A DNA stretch of 38,473 bases from a virus: IMG/VR virus record IMGVR_UViG_3300032893_000164, positions 1 to 38,473 of that record; one strand, written 5' to 3'. The position numbers and the translations under genes are program-made. Below the pieces are notes generated by a model. That model ran no database searches and was not told where the DNA came from. It saw only the letters and a program-made list of their open reading frames with translations. Shown here in pieces: positions 1-7,614 of the stretch. The first letter of the stretch is position 1. Each line of letters begins with the position of its first letter.

Positions 1-127
1 GCGGTTCCGCTTAAGGTGGCTGTTCCTAATTCTCTCACGATAGATTCGACTAAGGTATCGACAACGACTCAGACGCAGGGAGTGGGTATCGCCACTAGAA
101 CGGCCGGATCGTTGAAAAACATCTTTT
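1..127. repeat. Terminal direct repeat, copy 1 of 2 (identical to 38347..38473); circular-closure overlap
   Basis: nt 1-127 read base-for-base the same as nt 38347-38473 (gcggttccgcttaaggtgg...gaaaaacatctttt). Confidence 0.95.
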
Positions 128-309
128 CCGATGCGACGATCGATTTCGTGATTCAGTTCGATGGATCTGACACGGCTGCGGTTTACTTCTCTGAAACGAC
201 TGGCGGAACATCTAACGCCCTAGACAAAAACAATGCGACCGCGAGCATCGCTTCCGGAAACATTCTAACCTATGATTTCACTATTCCAATTTCAGGATGG
301 AGCGGATGA
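1..309 (+). CDS. Tail fibre protein, C-terminal part (continuation of 37258..38473 across the circular junction)
   Basis: Frame is open from nt 1 (AVPLKVAVPNSLTIDS...). A codon starts at 38473, which equals nt 127, and this is in phase with the 16..309 ORF. Stop TGA at 307-309. Confidence 0.8.
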   Translation, partial: AVPLKVAVPNSLTIDSTKVSTTTQTQGVGIATRTAGSLKNIFSDATIDFVIQFDGSDTAAVYFSETTGGTSNALDKNNATASIASGNILTYDFTIPISGWSG

Positions 310-533
310 ATAAAAACGACCTAAAGGAAGCAGTCAAAGAGGCGCATAAAGAATGGCTCGAATCTAAATTTGCTGAGTTTGGCAGATGGTCATTGGGCGC
401 AATTGCTGTATTGATTTTTGGAGCTCTTATGTATTTTGTATTGTGGATTACTGGATGGCATAACGAATCAGTTCCATCTCCAGGAACCGATAGTCATGTT
501 AAACCATTTACTGGAAAGAAATTAGAGGGTTAA
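306..533 (+). CDS. Small membrane protein (75 aa)
   Basis: ATG at 306 overlaps the fibre stop as ATGA (alternative ATG at 297). Single hydrophobic helix WSLGAIAVLIFGALMYFVLWITGW. Confidence 0.6.
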   Translation: MNKNDLKEAVKEAHKEWLESKFAEFGRWSLGAIAVLIFGALMYFVLWITGWHNESVPSPGTDSHVKPFTGKKLEG

Positions 534-534
534 T

Positions 535-1071
535 ATGGCTAATCCTAGCACCCAAAATCAAACAGCCACAAATTCCATCTTAGATGAATTCAACAAACAA
601 GCTTATCTTGGAAACCAATACGTCGTCGGAGTCAATGCGATTACGATTGGTTCGGTCGGGACTGAATATCCTCTTTTAGTCATGACTAATTCTTCTAGTC
701 CATCCACTTCTCTTGCCCCGGCGCTTTCTTGTTTCCATAATCTTAGAAAGTTTTCTTGTGGTGATATTTCAGGTTCAACGGGAGTTTTGTTTCGGGTTTA
801 TTTGAATCCAACCAGCGTTTCCGGAGGTAGTTCCGTTACGCCAGTGAATGTCAGATCGGGCAGCAGCAATAAAAGCGTTTGCACTGTACTTAAACAACCC
901 ACCGTCGGAACAAAGGGAACTTTTTTGGCTGAATTTCCAGTGGGATGGGCAGCCCAAAATCAAAGTAATGCGATGATTATTGTGGATCCAGGTGATAGTC
1001 TTTTGATCACAGGAGAGCCTGTGTCTGGATCTACTACGGCCGTGGCGGAAGCCGTTTGGTACGAACTCTGA
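535..1071 (+). CDS. Hypothetical S/T/G-rich protein downstream of the tail fibre (possible fibre accessory or structural protein)
   Basis: 178-aa ORF starting 1 nt after the previous stop. Its stop overlaps the next start (TGATG). No motif I can name. Confidence 0.6.
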   Translation: MANPSTQNQTATNSILDEFNKQAYLGNQYVVGVNAITIGSVGTEYPLLVMTNSSSPSTSLAPALSCFHNLRKFSCGDISGSTGVLFRVYLNPTSVSGGSSVTPVNVRSGSSNKSVCTVLKQPTVGTKGTFLAEFPVGWAAQNQSNAMIIVDPGDSLLITGEPVSGSTTAVAEAVWYEL

Positions 1072-1484
1072 TGAAACTCACGGTTCAGAGATTTAGTTTT
1101 CAAGAAAAATGCACGATTGGTCATCTTCTCATCGACGGGAAAGATTCGGGCATTTTCACACTTGAGGACAAAGTCAGAGAACAGCCTGGGATCCAAGTCG
1201 ATCTTTGGAAGATTCCTGGCGAAACAGCCATTCCTCGAGGAACCTATAAGATCATCATTACTTTCTCAGAGCATTTTCAGCGAGATTTGCCGCTTCTAGT
1301 CGATGTTCCGGGATATCAGGGAGTCAGAATCCATACTGGAAACATCGATAGCGATACCGAAGGGTGCATTTTGGTTGGGAAAACTTGGGCCGGCGGTGAC
1401 TATATTGGTCAAAGCAGGGAAGCTTTTAATGAAATATTTCCGTTGATGAAATCAGCAAGTGCGATTGAAATAGAGGTAGTTTAA
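1071..1484 (+). CDS. Candidate endolysin / cell-wall enzyme (DUF5675-like, His...Gly-Cys motif)
   Basis: 137 aa counted from the internal ATG at 1071, which overlaps the upstream stop. Motif GVRIHTGNIDSDTEGCILVGK resembles the H-x(n)-GC catalytic signature of the YkuD/L,D-transpeptidase fold. Sits immediately upstream of the holin-like and spanin genes. Confidence 0.55.
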   Translation: MKLTVQRFSFQEKCTIGHLLIDGKDSGIFTLEDKVREQPGIQVDLWKIPGETAIPRGTYKIIITFSEHFQRDLPLLVDVPGYQGVRIHTGNIDSDTEGCILVGKTWAGGDYIGQSREAFNEIFPLMKSASAIEIEVV

Positions 1485-1507
1485 CCTTGAAATAAGGGGG
1501 ATCTATT

Positions 1508-1666
1508 ATGGCTTGGTTGCTTGCAAATTGGACTAGTCTGGCTGTGGCTGTTCTTTCTGTGGCCGAAATTCTTTCACTCTTCATAAAGGGGAATGGAACG
1601 ATTGCCGGCATTATTAACGCGATTAAGGGAATTCCTGGCGTGAAGGACCCTGGCATCGGGGAATAA
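1508..1666 (+). CDS. Holin-like small membrane protein (52 aa, below the ORF-track cutoff)
   Basis: Translated by hand: MAWLLANWTSLAVAVLSVAEILSLFIKGNGTIAGIINAIKGIPGVKDPGIGE. SD GGGGGA lies upstream. The TAA stop overlaps the next ATG (TAATG). Position is between the lysin candidate and the spanins. Confidence 0.5.
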   Translation: MAWLLANWTSLAVAVLSVAEILSLFIKGNGTIAGIINAIKGIPGVKDPGIGE

Positions 1667-1896
1667 TGGTTTTAGCGATTTTGAATGCTATTGCTGCCAT
1701 ACCAAGCCTGCTTGGGTATTTGCAAACTTTTGCTGCCCAGGTAGTGCTTTGGTATGTGCAGAGTCAGAATAACACGACTCTTTCGGCTATTGCCGATGCG
1801 GCAGCCTTTGCCGCCAAAGCCCAAACGGAGGCTGATCGATATGCGGCTGCCCAAAAGTGGAAAGACGCTCTTTCTCGGCCTAGGATTTCTGCTTAG
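1666..1896 (+). CDS. i-spanin-like protein (N-terminal TM helix plus Ala-rich helical tail)
   Basis: N-terminus MVLAILNAIAAIPSLLGYLQTFAAQVVLWYV followed by a charged helical segment. Its 3' end is overlapped in another frame by a lipoprotein gene. Confidence 0.6.
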   Translation: MVLAILNAIAAIPSLLGYLQTFAAQVVLWYVQSQNNTTLSAIADAAAFAAKAQTEADRYAAAQKWKDALSRPRISA

Positions 1897-2131
1897 TTCC
1901 TGCAGAAATTCCCATCCTCCCGCGATTGAAATTTGTATCGGCGACGGATTCGGAGGAGCAGACTGTATTGAGGCTGACGGAACTCAGAGATATCGAGCTC
2001 CTTCGGAGTTGAAGAATTACTGGATGACGAATCAGCCCGATATGCAAAACTTCTCGAGCTGGTGTTACGACACGTCGCCACAGATCACAGGCCGATTTAT
2101 GGACCGCATTTCCATGGCGACGGGCCGATAA
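1841..2131 (+). CDS. o-spanin (outer-membrane lipoprotein), overlapping the i-spanin 3' end
   Basis: Internal ATG at 1841 gives MRLPKSGKTLFLGLGFLLSSC, a signal peptide with lipobox L-S-S-C. Mature part is 96 aa, Cys/Pro-containing. This is the classic overlapped Rz/Rz1-type arrangement. Confidence 0.7.
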   Translation: MRLPKSGKTLFLGLGFLLSSCRNSHPPAIEICIGDGFGGADCIEADGTQRYRAPSELKNYWMTNQPDMQNFSSWCYDTSPQITGRFMDRISMATGR

Positions 2132-2134
2132 CTC

Positions 2135-2593
2135 TTAAGCCGAAACGGGCGTTCCGAGAGTAAGCAAAATCCCGTTCGGAAGACCCGCGGCCAGATCCAC
2201 CGCCAAAGAACCAGACAATGCCTGTCCCTGAACGGCTCCAGACGCGCTCACCGTCACCGTGCCAGAGCCAACGAGCGGCTGTAGCATGGCCGAGAGACCG
2301 TCTCCTGCCGGAGTGATGGTTGCAAGGCTTGCATCCGACACAGACCAGCTTAGTGGTCCATCAAATACATCCGACGTAGCAACGCCATTGAAAGCGGGCT
2401 GCGCGGTCACCTGTGCTTTCTGTCCAAGTCTCAAACTCATAAATGTGATCTCCTCGCCATCTTGATTGAAAAATACAATCGAGAGCCTGCGACGGCCATC
2501 AGACTCAGGAAATACTTTCAGTATAAACCAGGCAATCCATAAACCCGACAGATAACCGAGAAGAAAAAATAAGACCGACCAAAAGAAGTTCAT
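2135..2593 (-). CDS. Membrane-anchored protein with bacterial Ig-like (Big_2-like) domain
   Basis: Start at the internal ATG 2593 (MNFFWSVLFFLLGYLSGLWIAWFILKVF is a TM helix). The C-terminal LSWSVSDASLATITPAGDGLSAMLQPLVGSGTVTVSAS matches the Big_2 pattern. Last gene of the leftward operon. Confidence 0.65.
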   Translation of the reverse strand: MNFFWSVLFFLLGYLSGLWIAWFILKVFPESDGRRRLSIVFFNQDGEEITFMSLRLGQKAQVTAQPAFNGVATSDVFDGPLSWSVSDASLATITPAGDGLSAMLQPLVGSGTVTVSASGAVQGQALSGSLAVDLAAGLPNGILLTLGTPVSA

Positions 2594-2597
2594 TCTG

Positions 2598-3251
2598 TCA
2601 CCATTTTCCAAACTCGAGCGGAGTATTGACGTGTGCCTGAGAAAAAAAGTCAATTCCCGGCTTCACTGGATCAAAGGTTTCCCCGTATCGATCACAATCT
2701 AGTTCTTTATTGATATGCGTGAAGGGAAGAACGAGCTCCATTTTTTTACCGCAATGTTCCATGTAGTCGCCTTTTGTGAACTCGAGAAACAATGGGAATG
2801 CGTCTTCATTGATAATGTGAATCGACGCTTCTGGAAAGTTATATCTTTTACACCAGACGCTTTGCCAGCCGGTATTCGCGTCATTGATCCAGTCCGCCAT
2901 TCGACGAGAAAGCACGAAACTGTCCGAGTCAATGTAGATCAGCTTTTTAGCGCGACTCGTTTGAATGTAATGATTCATGGCATAGAGTCCACGCCAGCAG
3001 TATGGATACCAATCTCCGCCGCCGTGATTAAGCCTTAAGTTGAATCGAATCGATTCGAAATCGAACGAGTCGGTGAGCTGCTTCCAAAGATCATCTGGAG
3101 ATGCGTTGTCGAGAAGTAAAATTCGATCGAACTGAAGTTCTCCCTGGATGTTTAGATAATAATCAAGAAATTTGACGGTTCTCGCTAAGCGCGAAGATCC
3201 TGATTTATCTTCACCCTCGAGGAAACTTGTTGTCCAAAGAATGGTGCTCAC
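2598..3251 (-). CDS. Glycosyltransferase, GT-A/GT2-like
   Basis: LLLDNASPDD (like the GT2 DNxSxD motif) and YIDSDSF (DxD). 217 aa. 4-nt overlap with the upstream GT gene. Confidence 0.65.
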   Translation of the reverse strand: MSTILWTTSFLEGEDKSGSSRLARTVKFLDYYLNIQGELQFDRILLLDNASPDDLWKQLTDSFDFESIRFNLRLNHGGGDWYPYCWRGLYAMNHYIQTSRAKKLIYIDSDSFVLSRRMADWINDANTGWQSVWCKRYNFPEASIHIINEDAFPLFLEFTKGDYMEHCGKKMELVLPFTHINKELDCDRYGETFDPVKPGIDFFSQAHVNTPLEFGKW

Positions 3252-4234
3252 AAAATCTCGTTTAGCACGGGAATAAACTTATCAGCAGTCATATTGGCGA
3301 CGACCTTTTGCCAGCCAGGAAATTTGCGATAATCTCCCTTTTTAAAGCCAGAGCCATAGGTCTGGTAATAGCGATTAGGAGTGTTCGCATCTGGCTCAAT
3401 GGCTCGAAACTTATAGGTTTGAGAGCCTTTTCTAATCGGTGCGACATGGATGGGATCTACAAGAGTATATCCCGCCACAATCCATGTGTCGGTACATCCA
3501 GCTAGATGAATCATTCCTCCATCAAGTCCAATAATACATTTGGCTCCAGCGATGACGCCCGCGGCCTGGCAAAGAGTTGTTTTGTTGGTCAGATCAATTC
3601 CCTTCGCGCGGTCGATCGGCAGAAGCTGCGCCTTAAGTTCCATCTCATTAAACCCGATCTCAGCTTTTTCTTTTCCGATGAATACGGGCGTATAGCCTTT
3701 CGCCAACACATAGTCGATGAGTGCGTTCATGGTTGGAATCGGCATGGCTTTGATGGGTTCAGAGGCCGAGCTCACGAGACAAACATATTTTTCCGGCAAA
3801 TGGAATTCCTTAATGAAGAGTTCTTCTGGCCTCACCTGGAGATAGTTTTTCTTGTTCAGATCATAGATGTGTCGATCTGAAAGCATATGGAAGCCATAAT
3901 CAACCGGATGAGTACGCATACACGTATGATTGGTAATCCACTGCGTGCTCATTCCCTGAATGTCGTGCCGAAACTTAGCCTCTGCTCTCGAGAAGGGTCG
4001 AACGGTGCTGAGCGGAGGTAATACGTGTTTGGCGAATTCGAGCAAATAGTCAGGAACCCAGACATGGAAATGCGTCTCGGGATAATTCCGAATATTGTAG
4101 TCTACGGCCACGAGCTCGCAGATTAAATCGCCTGCCCCGCCATCGGTCAGAATATTATGGAATTCCGCGGGAGTTTTATGGATGGCCGAGATAAATGGAT
4201 CTGGTGTCTCTGTTTTTGTTTGCGATTGGATCAT
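3248..4234 (-). CDS. Glycosyltransferase, GT9 (heptosyltransferase)-like
   Basis: N-terminal GGAGDLI and C-terminal TTLCQAAGVIAGAKCIIGLDGGMIHLAGCTDTWIVAGYT resemble the GT9 signature (L..l..li..a.l.ig.DSG..HlAaa.g.p). 328 aa. Confidence 0.7.
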   Translation of the reverse strand: MIQSQTKTETPDPFISAIHKTPAEFHNILTDGGAGDLICELVAVDYNIRNYPETHFHVWVPDYLLEFAKHVLPPLSTVRPFSRAEAKFRHDIQGMSTQWITNHTCMRTHPVDYGFHMLSDRHIYDLNKKNYLQVRPEELFIKEFHLPEKYVCLVSSASEPIKAMPIPTMNALIDYVLAKGYTPVFIGKEKAEIGFNEMELKAQLLPIDRAKGIDLTNKTTLCQAAGVIAGAKCIIGLDGGMIHLAGCTDTWIVAGYTLVDPIHVAPIRKGSQTYKFRAIEPDANTPNRYYQTYGSGFKKGDYRKFPGWQKVVANMTADKFIPVLNEIL

Positions 4235-4388
4235 GTTTCGAGCAATATTTTTTGGGTTTAATAACGCGGGCCGCGCATCCTTTTCTCCAGCATTTGTTAA
4301 GTCGATGATCTAAACACAACATGTCTTTATTGCAAACTCGTTTTAAACAGCCTGGATGTCGGCATGGGCCCCAATCAGAATCGTGCAT
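4176..4388 (-). CDS. Small Cys/His-rich (zinc-finger-like) protein
   Basis: Two copies of C-x2-GC-x(n)-C-x2-H (CRHPGCLKRV..CLDH and CWRKGCAARV..CSKH). Its last 59 nt overlap the GT9-like gene. Confidence 0.45.
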   Translation of the reverse strand: MHDSDWGPCRHPGCLKRVCNKDMLCLDHRLNKCWRKGCAARVIKPKKYCSKHDPIANKNRDTRSIYLGHP

Positions 4389-4686
4389 TTGTTCCCCCTA
4401 TTGTCTTGGATGGCTTATTCTCTTCCTCAGCCTCAAGCGCGAAAGCCAACAACTCTTCAAGCGTTGGGGCGGCAACACTATAAGATCCGATCGGAGTATT
4501 TGGATACCATCGGAGTGTCCAAATCTCATCGGTAGCTATGGCCCTAGCTTTTGATTCGTCATCCTTCCAGTCTGGCGGACATTCAAGCTGGTCTTTGTCA
4601 TCGCACCATTTCTGAGCGGATTCGTAGTCATCCCGGTGCACGTTGTGCTCCAAGTACAGTCCGCATTTGTGTTTTGGAAGCTTCAC
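4375..4686 (-). CDS. Hypothetical acidic protein
   Basis: ORF 4375..4707 has only TTG at its 5' end. GTG at 4686 is preceded by AAGGGGAAAAA (SD). Confidence 0.55.
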   Translation of the reverse strand: MKLPKHKCGLYLEHNVHRDDYESAQKWCDDKDQLECPPDWKDDESKARAIATDEIWTLRWYPNTPIGSYSVAAPTLEELLAFALEAEEENKPSKTIGGTNARF

Positions 4687-4804
4687 TTTTTCCCCTTCGC
4701 AGACCAACCTGGACTTTCAAGCATAGATAAGCGCTTACTCAGTCCGCGACACCAGCTGAGCAAGAAGCCAACCAGAACCCATAAAACATCTTGAACTTGA
4801 AACT

Positions 4805-4990
4805 TCATTTCTCATCCTTCGCGTTCATCTCAGGACAATCCTTGCTTTTGTAACAGACGATGCATTGAAGCCAAACCCTGGCATACCGATTGTAAGTACA
4901 GACCGTATTCAAGCTCCATCGATGCCTTCCAATTAGACAATTGAACCGTTCCTTCCACCAACGGAACAGTGAGCATCCGAGAGGTCTCAT
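4805..4990 (-). CDS. Hypothetical small Cys-rich protein
   Basis: 61-aa ORF on the operon strand with CxxxxxxxxxxxC...CxxC spacing. No homology recognised. Confidence 0.4.
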   Translation of the reverse strand: MRPLGCSLFRWWKERFNCLIGRHRWSLNTVCTYNRYARVWLQCIVCYKSKDCPEMNAKDEK

Positions 4991-5008
4991 GTCACAGTCC
5001 AGAAAGAC

Positions 5009-5263
5009 TTATTGCCTACATTTGCAGTATTCATTGTCACAGAGTTTTCCGCCTTGGATGCACGTCTTCTCCTCGGGAATTGACTCAATGGGCCTATTCC
5101 ACTTATCCAAAAGCTTGAATATCGACTTTTTCCAGAATTCTGGGGCAAGAGCGGACACCGTATGTAACATGGCCCTATACTCATCTCGCTCTTCAATTAT
5201 TTCTGTTAGATAAGCGCATTCGCCGCATCTGACTCGGCCATGCGGTTCACAGGTGTTCATCAT
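5009..5263 (-). CDS. Hypothetical small Cys-rich protein
   Basis: 84 aa with CEPHGRVRCGEC at the N-terminus and CIQGGKLCDNEYCKC at the C-terminus (zinc-ribbon-like pairs). Confidence 0.55.
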   Translation of the reverse strand: MMNTCEPHGRVRCGECAYLTEIIEERDEYRAMLHTVSALAPEFWKKSIFKLLDKWNRPIESIPEEKTCIQGGKLCDNEYCKCRQ

Positions 5264-5293
5264 TTCTCCTTTGCAAACCGGGAAAGCATGTTC

Positions 5294-5743
5294 TCAAAAG
5301 TCATGTAGCACGCTCATGACCTCGTTCTCGCGCTCCCTTGGCGAATAGTATTTATTCATGGGCTCATCATCGGACACCATGATATACCCGCCGTAATATC
5401 CGTTGTGCTCGACCCTCGACTCAATCGTGACATATCCGGTGCTGGTCTTTATCTTTGTTCCCATTGTTTCGATGACTTCGCAGTTGTCGCGGTCATCTTT
5501 GACCGGAGACCATTCCGCGTTCTCAGCCTCAAGAATGGTCGCCCCGATGAGCGCCTCTGCGCCCGACACATTGGCGATAAAACAATGCGCGCAACAATCC
5601 CCCTCCCATGTCAGAAACAGCTTTCCAGTCTCCGTGTCGAGAATTATCAGGTCCTTTTCTTGATTTATTGACGCAGATTTAATGAATCGACCCACGAGTG
5701 CCTTGATGCCTAGATTCTTCATGCGGTAATTTTTACTCATCAT
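5294..5743 (-). CDS. Hypothetical conserved-looking phage protein (EGDCCAHC motif)
   Basis: Start at MMSKNY (5743), with a GGAGG SD and ATGA overlap with the upstream stop. 149 aa. Confidence 0.7.
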   Translation of the reverse strand: MMSKNYRMKNLGIKALVGRFIKSASINQEKDLIILDTETGKLFLTWEGDCCAHCFIANVSGAEALIGATILEAENAEWSPVKDDRDNCEVIETMGTKIKTSTGYVTIESRVEHNGYYGGYIMVSDDEPMNKYYSPRERENEVMSVLHDF

Positions 5744-5958
5744 TCCTCCTTTGCAGTCTTGTGAAAACACTTCTCTTTCCATTGTTCAATGAAGAAATCT
5801 ACGCTTGGAACTCTTTTGATGTGGTATTCCTCGGTAGGGGCGGCGGAATGGGTCTCGATTTCTAGTTCATCGGAACCCTCCCAATATGAGGCTGTGAAGC
5901 TAACGCCGTATTCTTTTGCGAAGCGTAGAAGCTTGTTTAAATCATATCGATCGCTCAT
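5740..5958 (-). CDS. Hypothetical protein (72 aa)
   Basis: Internal ATG at 5958 is preceded by GGAGGGACA. Its stop overlaps the next start. Confidence 0.6.
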   Translation of the reverse strand: MSDRYDLNKLLRFAKEYGVSFTASYWEGSDELEIETHSAAPTEEYHIKRVPSVDFFIEQWKEKCFHKTAKEE

Positions 5959-6074
5959 TGTCCCTCCGACACGTTCTTGTGAAGACTCTCTTCGAGCCAG
6001 TCGGCGATTGTTTCTGGAGATCTCCACAAAACACCGAATCTTCCCGCGTCAATTCCTGGTTTGAAGTGTCTGAC

Positions 6075-6320
6075 TCATTTCTTTCCCTCAAGTAAGTTCG
6101 CGTCAGGTAAGTTTTCCAGCCGCTCTATTTGATTCTGTGCGGCTTGGAGTTGAGAGCGAAGCCCATCAATCTCGGCGCGAGCCTCCCGCAAGGAATGTTC
6201 CAAACGATCCACCGCGCCAGCGAGCGAAGATACTTCATGCTTATCTGCCTTTCGTTCGATTTGAGATTCAAGACTTCTTAGATCATACCCAGTTCCAGAA
6301 AAGGGATTCGTGTGCAGCAT
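6075..6320 (-). CDS. Coiled-coil protein (81 aa)
   Basis: Heptad-like, E/R/L/Q-rich sequence (LESQIERKADKHEV...LRSQLQAAQNQIERLENL). Confidence 0.6.
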   Translation of the reverse strand: MLHTNPFSGTGYDLRSLESQIERKADKHEVSSLAGAVDRLEHSLREARAEIDGLRSQLQAAQNQIERLENLPDANLLEGKK

Positions 6321-6323
6321 GAT

Positions 6324-6626
6324 TTACTCCTTCGCGTACTGAGACGGTGTGTTCTCGATAGCGGCGCGGGCGATGATACTGAACTCGCAAGCCATGTCTG
6401 CCGCCTCTTCTCTTCCGACCTTCGTAGGTTCTTTTTTGGCTATCTTTCTGAGCGCATCTTCATAACGCTCAATTCTCGCCTGATCCCATAGTTGCTGTCG
6501 GAACGCAAAACGGTCAGTTATCCCCTTCAGTTCGCAAATCTCTTCCGCCATGCGCCCAGCACGATAACGCCAATCGCAGTCCGGGAATTCCTCGCGGTAA
6601 CGCTCTAAAATAACGTGCGGCTTCAT
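6324..6626 (-). CDS. Hypothetical protein (100 aa)
   Basis: ORF on the operon strand. 4-nt overlap with the upstream gene. Confidence 0.65.
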   Translation of the reverse strand: MKPHVILERYREEFPDCDWRYRAGRMAEEICELKGITDRFAFRQQLWDQARIERYEDALRKIAKKEPTKVGREEAADMACEFSIIARAAIENTPSQYAKE

Positions 6627-6862
6627 TCCTCCGCCTTTCCGTGCCCACTAGGACACTTCTTAAAAACGCCAGTGCTGGTCACTTTCCATGACTCATAAAC
6701 GCCCCATCGGGTTTCAGATCTTTTCCCTACCTGGCGACACACTGGCGTAACTACCGACTTAGGCCCCATTGCTGGGGGATGTCCAAGTCGGGGCTTAGGA
6801 ATTGGCTGGATGGGAAATCCATACGCCTTCTCACCATTCATGGCTACCAATTCACTCTTCAT
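6623..6862 (-). CDS. Hypothetical protein (79 aa)
   Basis: ORF on the operon strand, chained to its neighbours by overlaps. Confidence 0.55.
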   Translation of the reverse strand: MKSELVAMNGEKAYGFPIQPIPKPRLGHPPAMGPKSVVTPVCRQVGKRSETRWGVYESWKVTSTGVFKKCPSGHGKAEE

Positions 6863-7025
6863 GCTTCACGTTCTTCTCGGGCACATTGTCCGTCCGTTTC
6901 TTCAGACATCTCCGACAAGTTACGTCGTTCCAATCGGTGCTCATATTCGGATTGGCTTGACCACAAAGAGCTATAGGCATTCCAGGCCCATCCGCTGGCG
7001 CAATCATCTTGTGCGTTTTACTCAT
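6852..7025 (-). CDS. Hypothetical small protein (57 aa, below the ORF-track cutoff)
   Basis: Translated by hand: MSKTHKMIAPADGPGMPIALCGQANPNMSTDWNDVTCRRCLKKRTDNVPEKNVKHEE. The ATG overlaps the upstream stop (ATGA) and the stop overlaps the downstream start by 11 nt. It fills an otherwise unexplained 160-nt gap. Confidence 0.45.
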   Translation of the reverse strand: MSKTHKMIAPADGPGMPIALCGQANPNMSTDWNDVTCRRCLKKRTDNVPEKNVKHEE

Positions 7026-7222
7026 GACATGTTCCTACGAGGTCTCTTCTTGGTTTTCGGAAGCGCCCGGATGGCCTTTGCCCTAGCTTGCCCGGCCCGA
7101 GCCTCTTCCAACATCTTCCCGAGCTGAATCACGGTCTGGTTCCTGAAGTTCTCAATCTTGGATTTCAAGATGTCGAACTCACACCATGCGGCGGCTTCCC
7201 GAACTTTCGACTCATTGCTCAT
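7022..7222 (-). CDS. Hypothetical basic/helical protein (66 aa)
   Basis: Internal ATG at 7222 overlaps the DUF3307-like gene's stop as ATGA. Confidence 0.55.
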   Translation of the reverse strand: MSNESKVREAAAWCEFDILKSKIENFRNQTVIQLGKMLEEARAGQARAKAIRALPKTKKRPRRNMS

Positions 7223-7575
7223 GCGGACCTCAGAAGCGGAAGCGTGGCGATCAGACAACTCATGTGAATCGCCTGGTCAGCGCCGATCACGACAAAGAAG
7301 TCATGGACGCGCTTCTCGGCCCATAGCTTCTTGGTCATCCGAGACGTGACGTAGTCCACGCCGAAGTGGGCCGCTCCATTCATCAAGGCATAGGCCAAGG
7401 CGGAACCAAGCGGCGCAGTCCAACAAATACTCAAGAACAACGCGCCGGTATAAACCCCAATGTGCTTTCCGAGCCATACGTTCGAGCTGCTCTTTCCTTG
7501 GGCCATCGCGTTTGTCTGGAGAACAAAGTCACAGACGAAATGCGCCCAGATTATTAGATAAATTAACTTGGTCAT
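7219..7575 (-). CDS. DUF3307-like integral membrane protein
   Basis: N-terminal HFVCDFVLQT (the H-x3-DF-x-LQ signature of DUF3307) plus about 4 hydrophobic segments. 118 aa. Confidence 0.7.
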   Translation of the reverse strand: MTKLIYLIIWAHFVCDFVLQTNAMAQGKSSSNVWLGKHIGVYTGALFLSICWTAPLGSALAYALMNGAAHFGVDYVTSRMTKKLWAEKRVHDFFVVIGADQAIHMSCLIATLPLLRSA

Positions 7576-7614
7576 GTCACAGTCTCTTCACATATCTTCT
7601 CTTCGAAAATTTTT

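Noticed and set aside
1-127. Terminal repeat as an IS/LTR or prophage att site
   Set aside because: The repeat sits in the middle of a reading frame that continues in phase across the junction. Its length (127 bp) and its placement exactly at the window ends fit an assembly overlap. No transposase or integrase is present.
1754-2131. Full 125-aa ORF starting at 1754
   Set aside because: The first 29 codons are R/P-rich and overlap most of the i-spanin-like gene. The internal ATG at 1841 yields a clean lipoprotein signal peptide, so the shorter form was annotated.
4708-4804. Tiny minus-strand ORF MFYGFWLASCSAGVAD (lipobox-like LASC) in the 97-nt gap
   Set aside because: It is only 16 codons and would leave a 7-residue mature peptide. 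There is no SD, so it cannot be supported from sequence alone.
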